A stretch of 64,000 nucleotides of DNA, taken from Calditrichia bacterium (GTDB lineage Bacteria > Calditrichota > Calditrichia > JAJRVZ01). Position numbers and translations under genes: made by a program. Positions within the stretch are counted from its first letter, which is position 1. Every line of letters begins with the position of its first letter. The stretch is taken from the NCBI GenBank assembly GCA_963796965.1, contig CAWCNS010000007.1, positions 672,001 through 736,000 of the forward strand, written 5' to 3'. The notes beneath the pieces were generated by a model. That model was not told where the DNA came from and ran no database searches. It was given only the letters and a program-made list of their open reading frames with translations. Positions 56,101-64,000 of this stretch are shown piece after piece.

Positions 56101-58123
56101 AATATTGATGGGTCCAACTACCTGCTCCTTCTAAAGCACCTCTTTTTATCTTTACCCACAGACCCTTTTCATGGGAGACTTGCGGTTCACCAGCACCAAT
56201 TTGACGAACCAATGCTACCAAATCCGTTTCAATTTGCGAGTCCGTATTTCTATTTATATCCGTTTGCCCCAGACATACCATGCCGCCAAATGGTTTCAAC
56301 ACTCTTTTTATATCTTTCGGTTCAATTGAAACGTTACCCGAAATCAACAGGTCATCTGATACGATCAGGTTGGCAAAATAATCGGGTAAATCATCTAAGG
56401 ACCAATTCTCGACGGCTATCCGTTCCCCATATATGCCGGCAGCATCTAAATTTACTCGGGATTGAGCAACCTTTTCCTCATCCTTCTCCACGCCAATGAT
56501 TTTTAAATCGCTCTGTTTGGCAAGCTCATAGGCCAGTCGGCCGTCAGAACTATTCAGAACCAGACAGAACCCTCTTTTTACGCCTGTCTCTTTTATAATT
56601 TGTTCTGCAGCAGTTTTATATACCTCATTTAACTCATCATTTTCGAAATAAGCGACCGTTTTTAGAGATTCGGATTTATTTAATTTTGAACCCTTATCAC
56701 CAGAGAAACAATAAATATTTCCTTTTTCATCGTTGGCTAATAAGTGACCGTCAGAGACGGCAAACCCCAAAATATCTCCGCTCGTACGAAAACGGTTTAG
56801 TTCCGAGCCGTTATTAGCATCCAGGACCAGTATGATTCCTTTTCCACCCGCAATGACTTTGTTTTTTGTTAAAATAATGGTATTTAAATTATCTTCTTTA
56901 AATTGCCACTTGGTTGCAGATCCCTGTATGGCATCCTTTTCCTGTTTTAGCAATTCAATCTTATTAATAAATTTATCAAAATCTTTATTGCTATCATCCT
57001 TTTGCTCTAATCCGGTTTGAGCTAATTTTCTCAGGGAACCGTTTGTCTTTTTGATCTCTGTCAGAAGAGAATCGACATCCTTTTCAATTATTGGATATTT
57101 TTCTCTATCTATGGCATGAATGCCTGTTTCTGTTAACACATAGGAGATATTTTTCCTTGCCACCATATCAATTCCATCAAAAGAGACAAAAGCATCACCC
57201 TTTCGCCGACCCGACGCCAGGTCATAAGCAACCTTTGCCGGCGTTCCGGATCGATCAACACCCGCAATCAACATATTCTCATTGATCAATCCCCAGGCCC
57301 CTCCCACCTTGCTTCCAGGACTTAGGTTATAGAGAAATTTCCCGCTTCTTCTGTCAAAAGCCGCTGGCATAGCCCGGCCTGAGGGCACATAAATCGTCTC
57401 TTCTGAGGCCAGCAAATAGCCATGGGGAGAAATACCTCCAAACTGTAGTTCATGGGCCTTATCCCCAATCGTATCATTTTTCCAGACCACCTCCCCACTG
57501 GCCACATCCAGAGCACATATATATATTCCTTCATAAGGAAAAATTCCTGCTCCGAAATACACGACATCCTTTTCTACCAAAACACTTGTTCTAACCGGCC
57601 AAAGCGATATCATCCGCCCGTTTCCGAGCACTTTTTTCCCGGATGGACCAGCACGATATTTCCAGATCAAATCACCACTTCCGGCATCGAGGCAATAGAC
57701 ATACCCATCATCCGAACCGAATAGGATCTTATCTTTCCAGATTGAGGGTACAAAACGTATAGGACCACCGGCGAAGAAACTCCATTTAATGGCACCGGTT
57801 ACCGTATTCAGAGCATAGATCTTATCATCAATGGATGAGGCGAAATAAGTCAGACCATTTGCCGACACAAGATGGTAGGTATTATCAACGTGCATCCTTG
57901 GTAATTCTTCTCCCGGTTTATGCCAGGCAGATGCTGGGGCATGGGCAGGCATATATACCCACTTTTGGGTAAGGTTTTTTGGCAATGTTTCGGCCGTTAC
58001 CCCGCTACGAAAACCATCATGTCTATAGGTGCGCCATCCCTTTTTATTATCAGAAGAACATCCAAACAATAAAAATAAAAATGATAATAAAATCACAAAA
58101 TTATTTAGAGTAAATATTTTCAT
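53129..58123 (-). CDS. Giant lipoprotein: PQQ-like propellers, SAM-MTase-like insert, malectin-like, HEAT and PA14 domains
   Basis: Lipobox LFGC, W..YRHD..RSG, many (A/C)LDA.TG...W repeats, CLVL..DGRLAYELA, RPGCWIN, FDIKLQ...VL..FD and F..SNDGSKLYI...DGGH. ATG 58123 is preferred as start. Confidence 0.8.
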   Translation of the reverse strand: MKIFTLNNFVILLSFLFLLFGCSSDNKKGWRTYRHDGFRSGVTAETLPKNLTQKWVYMPAHAPASAWHKPGEELPRMHVDNTYHLVSANGLTYFASSIDDKIYALNTVTGAIKWSFFAGGPIRFVPSIWKDKILFGSDDGYVYCLDAGSGDLIWKYRAGPSGKKVLGNGRMISLWPVRTSVLVEKDVVYFGAGIFPYEGIYICALDVASGEVVWKNDTIGDKAHELQFGGISPHGYLLASEETIYVPSGRAMPAAFDRRSGKFLYNLSPGSKVGGAWGLINENMLIAGVDRSGTPAKVAYDLASGRRKGDAFVSFDGIDMVARKNISYVLTETGIHAIDREKYPIIEKDVDSLLTEIKKTNGSLRKLAQTGLEQKDDSNKDFDKFINKIELLKQEKDAIQGSATKWQFKEDNLNTIILTKNKVIAGGKGIILVLDANNGSELNRFRTSGDILGFAVSDGHLLANDEKGNIYCFSGDKGSKLNKSESLKTVAYFENDELNEVYKTAAEQIIKETGVKRGFCLVLNSSDGRLAYELAKQSDLKIIGVEKDEEKVAQSRVNLDAAGIYGERIAVENWSLDDLPDYFANLIVSDDLLISGNVSIEPKDIKRVLKPFGGMVCLGQTDINRNTDSQIETDLVALVRQIGAGEPQVSHEKGLWVKIKRGALEGAGSWTHQYSNPANTICSDDELVNYPFGVLWFGEPGPEKMVERHARAAAPLAKNGRLFVQGEDVVMAYDSYNGLKLWEREIQGANRVRVDVDGSNLALSDHGIFVATGENCLLLDAETGQTLQTYKIPTSKDGKPRRWGYIACSGETLYGSAAKPFDEAYNHILKSSNFAENNDQTDQDAFLASQYATMEEADYEFQRSGTKWRFIADYPAWNGGIVTQEAATEKIMFSDAIFAMDITSGKTNWLYRGKKIAHIAISMGDGNLYFADNSVTPAQKSQGVAERKNYAKKAVWKKYTKPLKTKDIDVRLVTVLNARTGNIKWQRPIDLSGCGGDAVASAYKNNTLLFFGSFGLHDKWRFEAEELRWHRITALSSENGKMLWSRPLNYMVRPVIVNETVIVEPRACDLRTGEIKTRVHPVTGQTVPWEYFRPGHTCAVTSATSSCLFYRSYNAAFYDLAGDRGITYFGAIRPGCWINMIPANGLLLFPEASAGCTCSFPLRTTVVLKPAEKKETADWSVFVNQGPITPVKRLGINFGAPGDKKDDKGELWFGYPRPITGYGIRFDLKEKVTPNMGYFSYDTRGLEVKGTDKPWLYTSGCLGLSSCKIPLIDEAWSVKSSVYTVRVGFYVNSGDHIFDIKLQNKTVLENFDPMDETSSDKEVVIKEFKGIEVENDLMLELVSDKTAPKMDEAPVINFVEIVREEDEVVFKIEDKGFVLSGTNFNGLLKKGDKERLAGDNETALDLYHRVFKQSPSTKTKEKALKGMAAIGSPESLPVIENTVRQTSPIYWDYKEPDPAFIDEAISVYVAIANNLAPSNPKKAKIMLANAAEVANGFDLKDEILENLVSLGVDFENTSATPENLSPGIRYDFFEGNFTSVAGLDIAKVKSSGVVKEFKLQQPEGVSEYGYIFSGYLSVPENGIYTFYIESNDGSKLYINNKELINNDGGHGAKEELGNIALRRGYYPIAVKYFQMGGGQALKVSWESADFKKKEISAENVYYAP

Positions 58124-58309
58124 GGTTTTTGGTTCACAAATTTTCAAAGTAATATCTCCTGCTAGGAAAAGGGTAAAATTTGAACAATAATTTTTTTATT
58201 AAACACAAAGATCACAAAGGATAGACAAAGGACACAAAGAATATATAAATAATTGATTATACTTTCCCCATAAATTCACAAATAAATGTGAAAAACATTG
58301 AGATATTTG

Positions 58310-58358
58310 GTGATTAGTAATTTGTAATTGGTAATTGGTAATTGGGGATTGGTAATTT
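58310..58358. repeat. 7-bp tandem repeat (TTGGTAA)n
   Basis: TTAGTAA TTTGTAA TTGGTAA TTGGTAA TTGGGGA TTGGTAA. Confidence 0.6.
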
Positions 58359-58536
58359 AATGATTAAAATTATCAATAAGTCTTAAAATCAAATTTTTTC
58401 TTTTGTCCTTTATCTTTTTAAATCATGGACGATTTAATCCCGATATGGCGATAGGATCTCGAAGTAATTATTGGGAACTATAAATTTTCTCTGCGGCGTT
58501 GCGGCGCTGCGTGAGATTTTCTTAGCAAGTTTTACT

Positions 58537-60447
58537 CTATTTCTCTTCCCAAACTTTCAAGACCAACTCACCCTTCCCTGGTGATTCAAAGGGTCCCGTC
58601 ATAGGATTTTCAGCATTTCTTTTTTCACCAAAATAATCATAATCAATTTTAATAGGCGAACCATCCCGGTTTTCAAAGGGCAATTCAGTTATCAGCGTGG
58701 TACCCAACCAATCTGTGGTAACGATCTGGTTTTTAAATTTTTTAAACGAGGGATCCAGTGTTATTTGGAGGGAGATATTTGTCCCATCTCTCATCAACTT
58801 TACTTTTGGGTCTGTTTCCGGCTTTTCAATATATACAGATTCTCTTATATAAGGCTTAGCTTGGTTCAAATAGATATTTCCTTCTACATACATGGGACGC
58901 TCCAGGGTATTATAAGCATCCAGACCATACCCGATTTTTTGCCTTGCCTCTGTATCAATTTTGAGCGTTTCACCCACCCCAACAAATATATTATTATAAA
59001 ACCGATCATCCCCTCCAATGATATTTACCACTCCCGCTACCCCCGTTGAGTGGGCAAAATGATAAGGTGTATATCGTACGCTTGGTTGGGTTTTAATCTT
59101 ACCTGCAAAAAGATTGTGTACATAGGCCCCACCCTCGGAAAGATCTTTTAACACATATTCGGATAAGAAAATATTGTTATCGGCCATAAAGGGGCCATGA
59201 TCCACTTCAAAAAAGAGATCTTCAATGGTATTATCATAGCATAAATTTTGTGAAATTCGGGTACCCTGGGCCATCCAGTCCATCCATAAACCACGCCCTG
59301 CATTGTGGATATGATTTTTCTTAATGATGACATCTATTGCAGCGTGTAATTTGATACCGCCAATTTCTGCTCCTTGGAATTGCCGCTTTGTCCATATATC
59401 ATAAATATGATTATTGGTAATCGTACTGTAAACAGCGCCCAGGCTTCCACATATACCTGCCTGTCCACAATCAAAGATTGTATTGTTGCGCACAATATGC
59501 GAACCGATCGTCTCCTTAGACCACCCTATCTGTCTGGCCCTGAAGATCACTTCATTATAATGTGTTGCCCCGCCCTTACTTCGATTGTTTAACCAGACAT
59601 TATGACCAGTTGCCCTGTCTTTTCCCAGGGTGAGTCCCGTACATTTTGCATTGCTGATTATATTGTTCTCTATAATCCAGCCTTTGCTCCAATGGGTACC
59701 AATCAACCCAATCTGCTCTGCGGTTGGGGCAGCCCATTGTGTTGCCGCCTGAGTTAAGTGGAATCCGCGAACAGTGATATAGTTGCGGCCAGGAGCAGCG
59801 GGATAAAAACAGGTTTCTCGTACACTAATCTCCACTAATTCATTATTGGGATCAGCGCCCTGGAAATTAGCCCAGATGACCGTATTCTGATCATCACTTT
59901 CACAATACCATATATAAACTGAGAAAGCCTCATCCCGTGATCTTTCGTAGGGCACTGGCTTGATCACCTCATCAAGGGTGGTTTTTTCATAGAGAGATTT
60001 GCCATTAAGAAAAACTTCGCCTGTATGATGGTCTCGCTTCAACCCGTCAAACCAATCCCCCTCAATTAGATCCTGATAAGGATTATAATTACCAAAAAAT
60101 GTATTTGGAATGATGACCTTCCAGACATCGTCTTCAACCTTCTGCCAATTCTTTATAACCTCAGAGCCTTTGATAATAACATCTTCACCGGGAGTCGCTT
60201 GATAGACGATTCTTTTTGAATCAGAGGTACCCCCATAAGGCGGATTGATGCGCTCACGATAGGTTCCCTCATGAACCGTTATCACATCGCCAGCACGCGC
60301 TCTTTGAGCAGCTGCTGAAATAGTCTTGAGCGGCTTCATATTTGTGCCTTCATTTTGATCACTTCCAGTGGGAGATACATGGTACTCTGTTGCTAAAACC
60401 GGATAGGCAAGAAAAATCCACATCAATACAGTTCTAAATGTTTTCAT
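58537..60447 (-). CDS. Right-handed beta-helix protein, DUF1565/GH120 (beta-xylosidase)-like
   Basis: YHVS..GSD.N.GT..P.KTI..AA, GTYRE, WAAPTAEQ.G, GIKLH.A, WMDW.AQG and EV.HGP. Confidence 0.82.
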   Translation of the reverse strand: MKTFRTVLMWIFLAYPVLATEYHVSPTGSDQNEGTNMKPLKTISAAAQRARAGDVITVHEGTYRERINPPYGGTSDSKRIVYQATPGEDVIIKGSEVIKNWQKVEDDVWKVIIPNTFFGNYNPYQDLIEGDWFDGLKRDHHTGEVFLNGKSLYEKTTLDEVIKPVPYERSRDEAFSVYIWYCESDDQNTVIWANFQGADPNNELVEISVRETCFYPAAPGRNYITVRGFHLTQAATQWAAPTAEQIGLIGTHWSKGWIIENNIISNAKCTGLTLGKDRATGHNVWLNNRSKGGATHYNEVIFRARQIGWSKETIGSHIVRNNTIFDCGQAGICGSLGAVYSTITNNHIYDIWTKRQFQGAEIGGIKLHAAIDVIIKKNHIHNAGRGLWMDWMAQGTRISQNLCYDNTIEDLFFEVDHGPFMADNNIFLSEYVLKDLSEGGAYVHNLFAGKIKTQPSVRYTPYHFAHSTGVAGVVNIIGGDDRFYNNIFVGVGETLKIDTEARQKIGYGLDAYNTLERPMYVEGNIYLNQAKPYIRESVYIEKPETDPKVKLMRDGTNISLQITLDPSFKKFKNQIVTTDWLGTTLITELPFENRDGSPIKIDYDYFGEKRNAENPMTGPFESPGKGELVLKVWEEK

Positions 60448-60562
60448 TTTAAAATTTCCTTCTCTTCTTAATTGCTTGTGAAATCCCTTATAAATTCGTG
60501 AAATTCCTCCGAAGGAGTCCCTTCGGGAGTGGACGATTCTTTTAGACTATTCCAGCTGAGTT

Positions 60563-61003
60563 CTACCTTATCTCCACGAAGACCTTAAACTGATCCATCC
60601 ATTTCTGTACCTGTTTTTTAAACATCCCAGGCATTAACTTTGCCATCAGGTTCGGCAGAATTCCGACAAATTGAATATACTCAATCTCAGACTCATATCT
60701 GGTCTGGTTATCAGATAATTTAATAAAACGGTTTGTCATTGTGTTTGACATTGTTTTTGCTTCGTATAAAGCGGTAAACTCATCTGGCAAATTTTTAACT
60801 CTAATGGTCTCAGTTAACTCAATTTCGCGTTTGCCGATATTATAAATCAGACGCGATTTCGCACCGGCCTCTCCCGGAGTTCCACTGAGATGCTCCAAAC
60901 TAACAAAGCCATCCTGCCATTCTTTAAGATTCTCCGGATTATCAAATAGTTCGATTACCCTAGCAATTGGATTCTCTATATCTACACTACAACTGAACTT
61001 CAT
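60563..61003 (-). CDS. SRPBCC (START-like) family protein
   Basis: V.I..P...V...F.NPENL.EW and C-terminal helix ...QFK.F.E. Confidence 0.8.
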   Translation of the reverse strand: MKFSCSVDIENPIARVIELFDNPENLKEWQDGFVSLEHLSGTPGEAGAKSRLIYNIGKREIELTETIRVKNLPDEFTALYEAKTMSNTMTNRFIKLSDNQTRYESEIEYIQFVGILPNLMAKLMPGMFKKQVQKWMDQFKVFVEIR

Positions 61004-61181
61004 TTATATCCTCCAATTATTAAGATTGGTATCTGTCAAATACACCGAATTTCTCTCGCAAAGGCGCTAAGACGCAAGTGAAATTGAATCTCATAAACTC
61101 AGATATATCTCCGGGTATGTTTATAAATAGTATAAAAAATTATTGTAAACTGAAATACTGATATTTTGTTTTGTGTAATAA

Positions 61182-62945
61182 TTATTTTGCATTAATTTTC
61201 TCGGCAGTATAATTATTTACCATTTGACTTGCAAGTATGGGCTTATTATACACACGCAGTTTGTGAAGTGTTCCACCGTACTCATGCAGGACCAAACGAT
61301 TAATCTGACTATCAATCACTATATCAGACAACCATTCAAAGCCAAAGGTCCTAACCCCTCCGCCATCACAAATGCTTCCGTCGATTATCATATAACATAT
61401 ATTTGGGCCGGGATCTATAAGTATTGCTACATGATGTTTTATACCCTCTCTTAGCCGTTTAGGATCAGATCTCAACATCACCTTGTTAGTATCCTTATTC
61501 ATTGTAAATAGGAGATCACCGTCATGATCTAGACGCAATTCTAAATTTATATCATACTTATTTAGCCCTTCAAAGATTACCGAGTCACTAAACTTATCGA
61601 TTTCAATCCAGAAGTCCACGGCAAACCCCTTTGCCAATCTCACTGATTCTGATAAAAGTAATATCCCATTTGGAGGATGCTTAAAAGTTTGTAAAAGCCC
61701 GTCTGTGCAAATGGGATTATTCTCAAATTGACTCCATAAGATTTCAAAAAATCCTTCCGATATGGCATGCAAAGTAGCGGCTGTTTTCTGTGTCGTAGAG
61801 ATCCAGTACTTCCCCTCCTCTTCAATCAAATCAGGATAACTGAACCGACCGGTTTCATAGGATTTATCAGGTCCATATAACAGGATCTCAGGTTGAGACC
61901 AGAATATTCTCCCCTCCTTTTCAACCCCTCCTGAAATCCAGGCAGGATTCCTATAATTAAAATCTTTTCCACCATGATTATGATACCAAAGCAGGTATTT
62001 ACCATTATTACACTTCCATAATCGCGGACAAGCCCTTGGATTACGCAAGGGTAACCCGGTAGCATATGATATTAATTGAGGTTCCGTCCAGGTATGACCG
62101 CCATCAAAGCTATAGGATTCTGCCGGTTGCCCAAGAGTGGTTCGGTAGACACAATACAACCCATCCTTCTGATTCATCGGTTGAATATTATGTTCTTCCT
62201 GTACAGAACCTAAATCCAAATTCCTAATTCCATGGTCTCCGTCTGGCAATACTTCCCAGTTTATTTTTGAGACATCTTTCTCGGTGTGGATATTATCAGA
62301 GTGGAAAAGCCAGCCTTCACCTTCTTCCAGAAAATATCCGCCTAATTTTGTAAATGAAAACCATACATTCTGATCTTTTTTCACCGGTTTTCCAATCCCC
62401 CAAAACATTTGAACATCGCCGCCAAAATCATTATTTCTGTCTACTTTGGTTTTCCGCATCGGTAGGCGAAATCGCTCAGACCAAGTGACGCCCATATCAT
62501 CAGAATAACGGAAGCAATACCAGCCATGGGTATCAGCCCGCATTTCATTCCCGCCGGGTAAATTCCTAATTGTATCCCCATTAAAGGTGTAGAAGACATA
62601 GATTCGATTATAATCCGTAATCAGGGGCATTGCCCAGGAGGCTTCAATTCCAGCGTTCGATGATTCGATCTCTATAGGAGTGGACCATGTAATTCCCTTA
62701 TCTCTGGAATAGCAAGAAACAATATACTGGGTTTTACTGCCCTCTTCTGCAGGGCTTGTCGTAAAAGTACAAAACCAGGTACCATCATGAGTCACGACAA
62801 AATAGGGTTGATCACAATAGCCATTCTCGTAAATTGTTGTCCCATTTGTGATCAAGCGCCAGTCATTTATCTGACTAAAAAGTACTGGAGTTAGGAGGAA
62901 TAAAGGAAAAATTAAGAAGCAGTAATTATCTCTAATTTGAAGCAT
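61182..62945 (-). CDS. BNR/sialidase-like propeller with C-terminal LamG-like domain
   Basis: Asp-boxes SRDKGITW, SDDMGVTW and SFDGGHTW, plus SYPD and HHVAI..D. Confidence 0.75.
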   Translation of the reverse strand: MLQIRDNYCFLIFPLFLLTPVLFSQINDWRLITNGTTIYENGYCDQPYFVVTHDGTWFCTFTTSPAEEGSKTQYIVSCYSRDKGITWSTPIEIESSNAGIEASWAMPLITDYNRIYVFYTFNGDTIRNLPGGNEMRADTHGWYCFRYSDDMGVTWSERFRLPMRKTKVDRNNDFGGDVQMFWGIGKPVKKDQNVWFSFTKLGGYFLEEGEGWLFHSDNIHTEKDVSKINWEVLPDGDHGIRNLDLGSVQEEHNIQPMNQKDGLYCVYRTTLGQPAESYSFDGGHTWTEPQLISYATGLPLRNPRACPRLWKCNNGKYLLWYHNHGGKDFNYRNPAWISGGVEKEGRIFWSQPEILLYGPDKSYETGRFSYPDLIEEEGKYWISTTQKTAATLHAISEGFFEILWSQFENNPICTDGLLQTFKHPPNGILLLSESVRLAKGFAVDFWIEIDKFSDSVIFEGLNKYDINLELRLDHDGDLLFTMNKDTNKVMLRSDPKRLREGIKHHVAILIDPGPNICYMIIDGSICDGGGVRTFGFEWLSDIVIDSQINRLVLHEYGGTLHKLRVYNKPILASQMVNNYTAEKINAK

Positions 62946-63309
62946 AATTTAGATTTCCACTTAAGGAATATTTAGATTAACTCTTCCAATGGCTTGATAT
63001 ACATTAGGAGATAAAACTAAGAATTTTATCCAATTTACGATAAATGCATAGAAAGGTTAGGAACATAAAATCATCCTTCTTTAAACGACCCGTTCACATC
63101 CACGCCATCCAAGGTATTTAAGAGAAACTGCACGATAATAATATGGACCTTGCTGAAGATATGATTGATCGAAATGGCTCAGCCGCTGTGCCACAGCCCA
63201 ATCAACAAATATATTTAATACTCCCAAAGGGACTCCTTCAGAGGAAATCCAAGAAAACCTTTTAGAAACGAAAAAATTAATCCCAAGATTTATTATTAGC
63301 CGTTCCTTA

Positions 63310-64000
63310 TTATTCAGATCTCTTCCCATTCTTTTGTATATCATTGAACAGTATCGTTAATTCTTCCACAATATCTGGATATTCATCATATAAGTTATGA
63401 CGCTCCTCGATATCATTTTTCAGGTTATATAATTGTCCAGGTGTGGTTATTCCAAAACCCTCTGGATACAGTCCATCACTCATTCCACCTGATCTATTGG
63501 TAAAGATGAGTTTCCAATCACCCTGTCTCATGGCAAAAGAACCATCTACTGAATGATTTACAAGTTGTTTACGTATAGAATTTTTCGAGGTATCGCCAAG
63601 AAACAGTGTTGAGAAGTCATAACTATCCTCTGCTGAATTCTCAGACAATGTATAACCGACGATGTTTGCCAGAGTGGCAAATATATCAACCTGGCAAATG
63701 AGATCGTCTCTCACTTGTCCCGGTTTCATTTTTGCTGGCCATTTGAGAATGAATGGTACCCGGTGTCCGGCTTCCCATATATCCCCCTTATAACCACGAA
63801 GATTTCCGTTTGGCGAATGTCCAAACCTTTTTACAGAACCGATCTTTCCAAGCCAGTTCGTCCCATCACCTCCGCGGGAACCATTGTCACTGGTAAATAT
63901 GATTAGTGTGTTTTTATCTAGTTTATTGTATTCTAAAGCCTGTATTATTTGGCCAATTGTCCAGTCGATCTCTTGAACATAATCACCATACAGGCCCGCC
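63310..64000 (-). CDS. Arylsulfatase (S1), 5'-partial, frameshift near 63730
   Basis: TLIIFTSDNG, RGYKGDIWEAGHRVP, MRQGDWKL and QLYNL..D..E..NL. Confidence 0.88.
   Translation of the reverse strand, partial: AGLYGDYVQEIDWTIGQIIQALEYNKLDKNTLIIFTSDNGSRGGDGTNWLGKIGSVKRFGHSPNGNLRGYKGDIWEAGHRVPFILKWPAKMKPGQVRDDLICQVDIFATLANIVGYTLSENSAEDSYDFSTLFLGDTSKNSIRKQLVNHSVDGSFAMRQGDWKLIFTNRSGGMSDGLYPEGFGITTPGQLYNLKNDIEERHNLYDEYPDIVEELTILFNDIQKNGKRSE

Noticed and set aside
1043..64000. Classical integron cassette array
   Set aside because: No integrase was found and I saw no consistent RYYYAAC...GTTRRRY attC sites by eye.

Overview
This is a low-GC bacterial window, probably from an FCB-group MAG such as KSB1 or Calditrichota, inferred from a NYPNPFN-type C-terminal sorting domain together with Shine-Dalgarno motifs. 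About 40 co-oriented minus-strand genes encode mostly secreted glycan-degrading enzymes (GH95-, GH2-, GH172-, GH127-, GH32-, GH36-, GH117-, GH120- and sialidase-like, three sulfatases), an SSS transporter, an epimerase, a NagA-like deacetylase and lipoproteins. Many ORFs carry single-base frameshifts that look like long-read consensus errors. Mobile DNA includes one complete IS110-family, IS1111-type element (21763-23160). It has subterminal inverted repeats, an AG core, a circle-junction promoter (TTGACA-N17-TATGTT) and a structured 3' non-coding region that is a bridge/seek RNA candidate. It is inserted into a member of a dispersed intergenic repeat family. A tandem pair of IS1182 copies sits inside one hairpin. 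The intergenic spacers hold nested short repeats, including 21-22 nt hairpin mini-insertions that land at a consistent position within larger repeats. No rRNA, tRNA or CRISPR array was seen.
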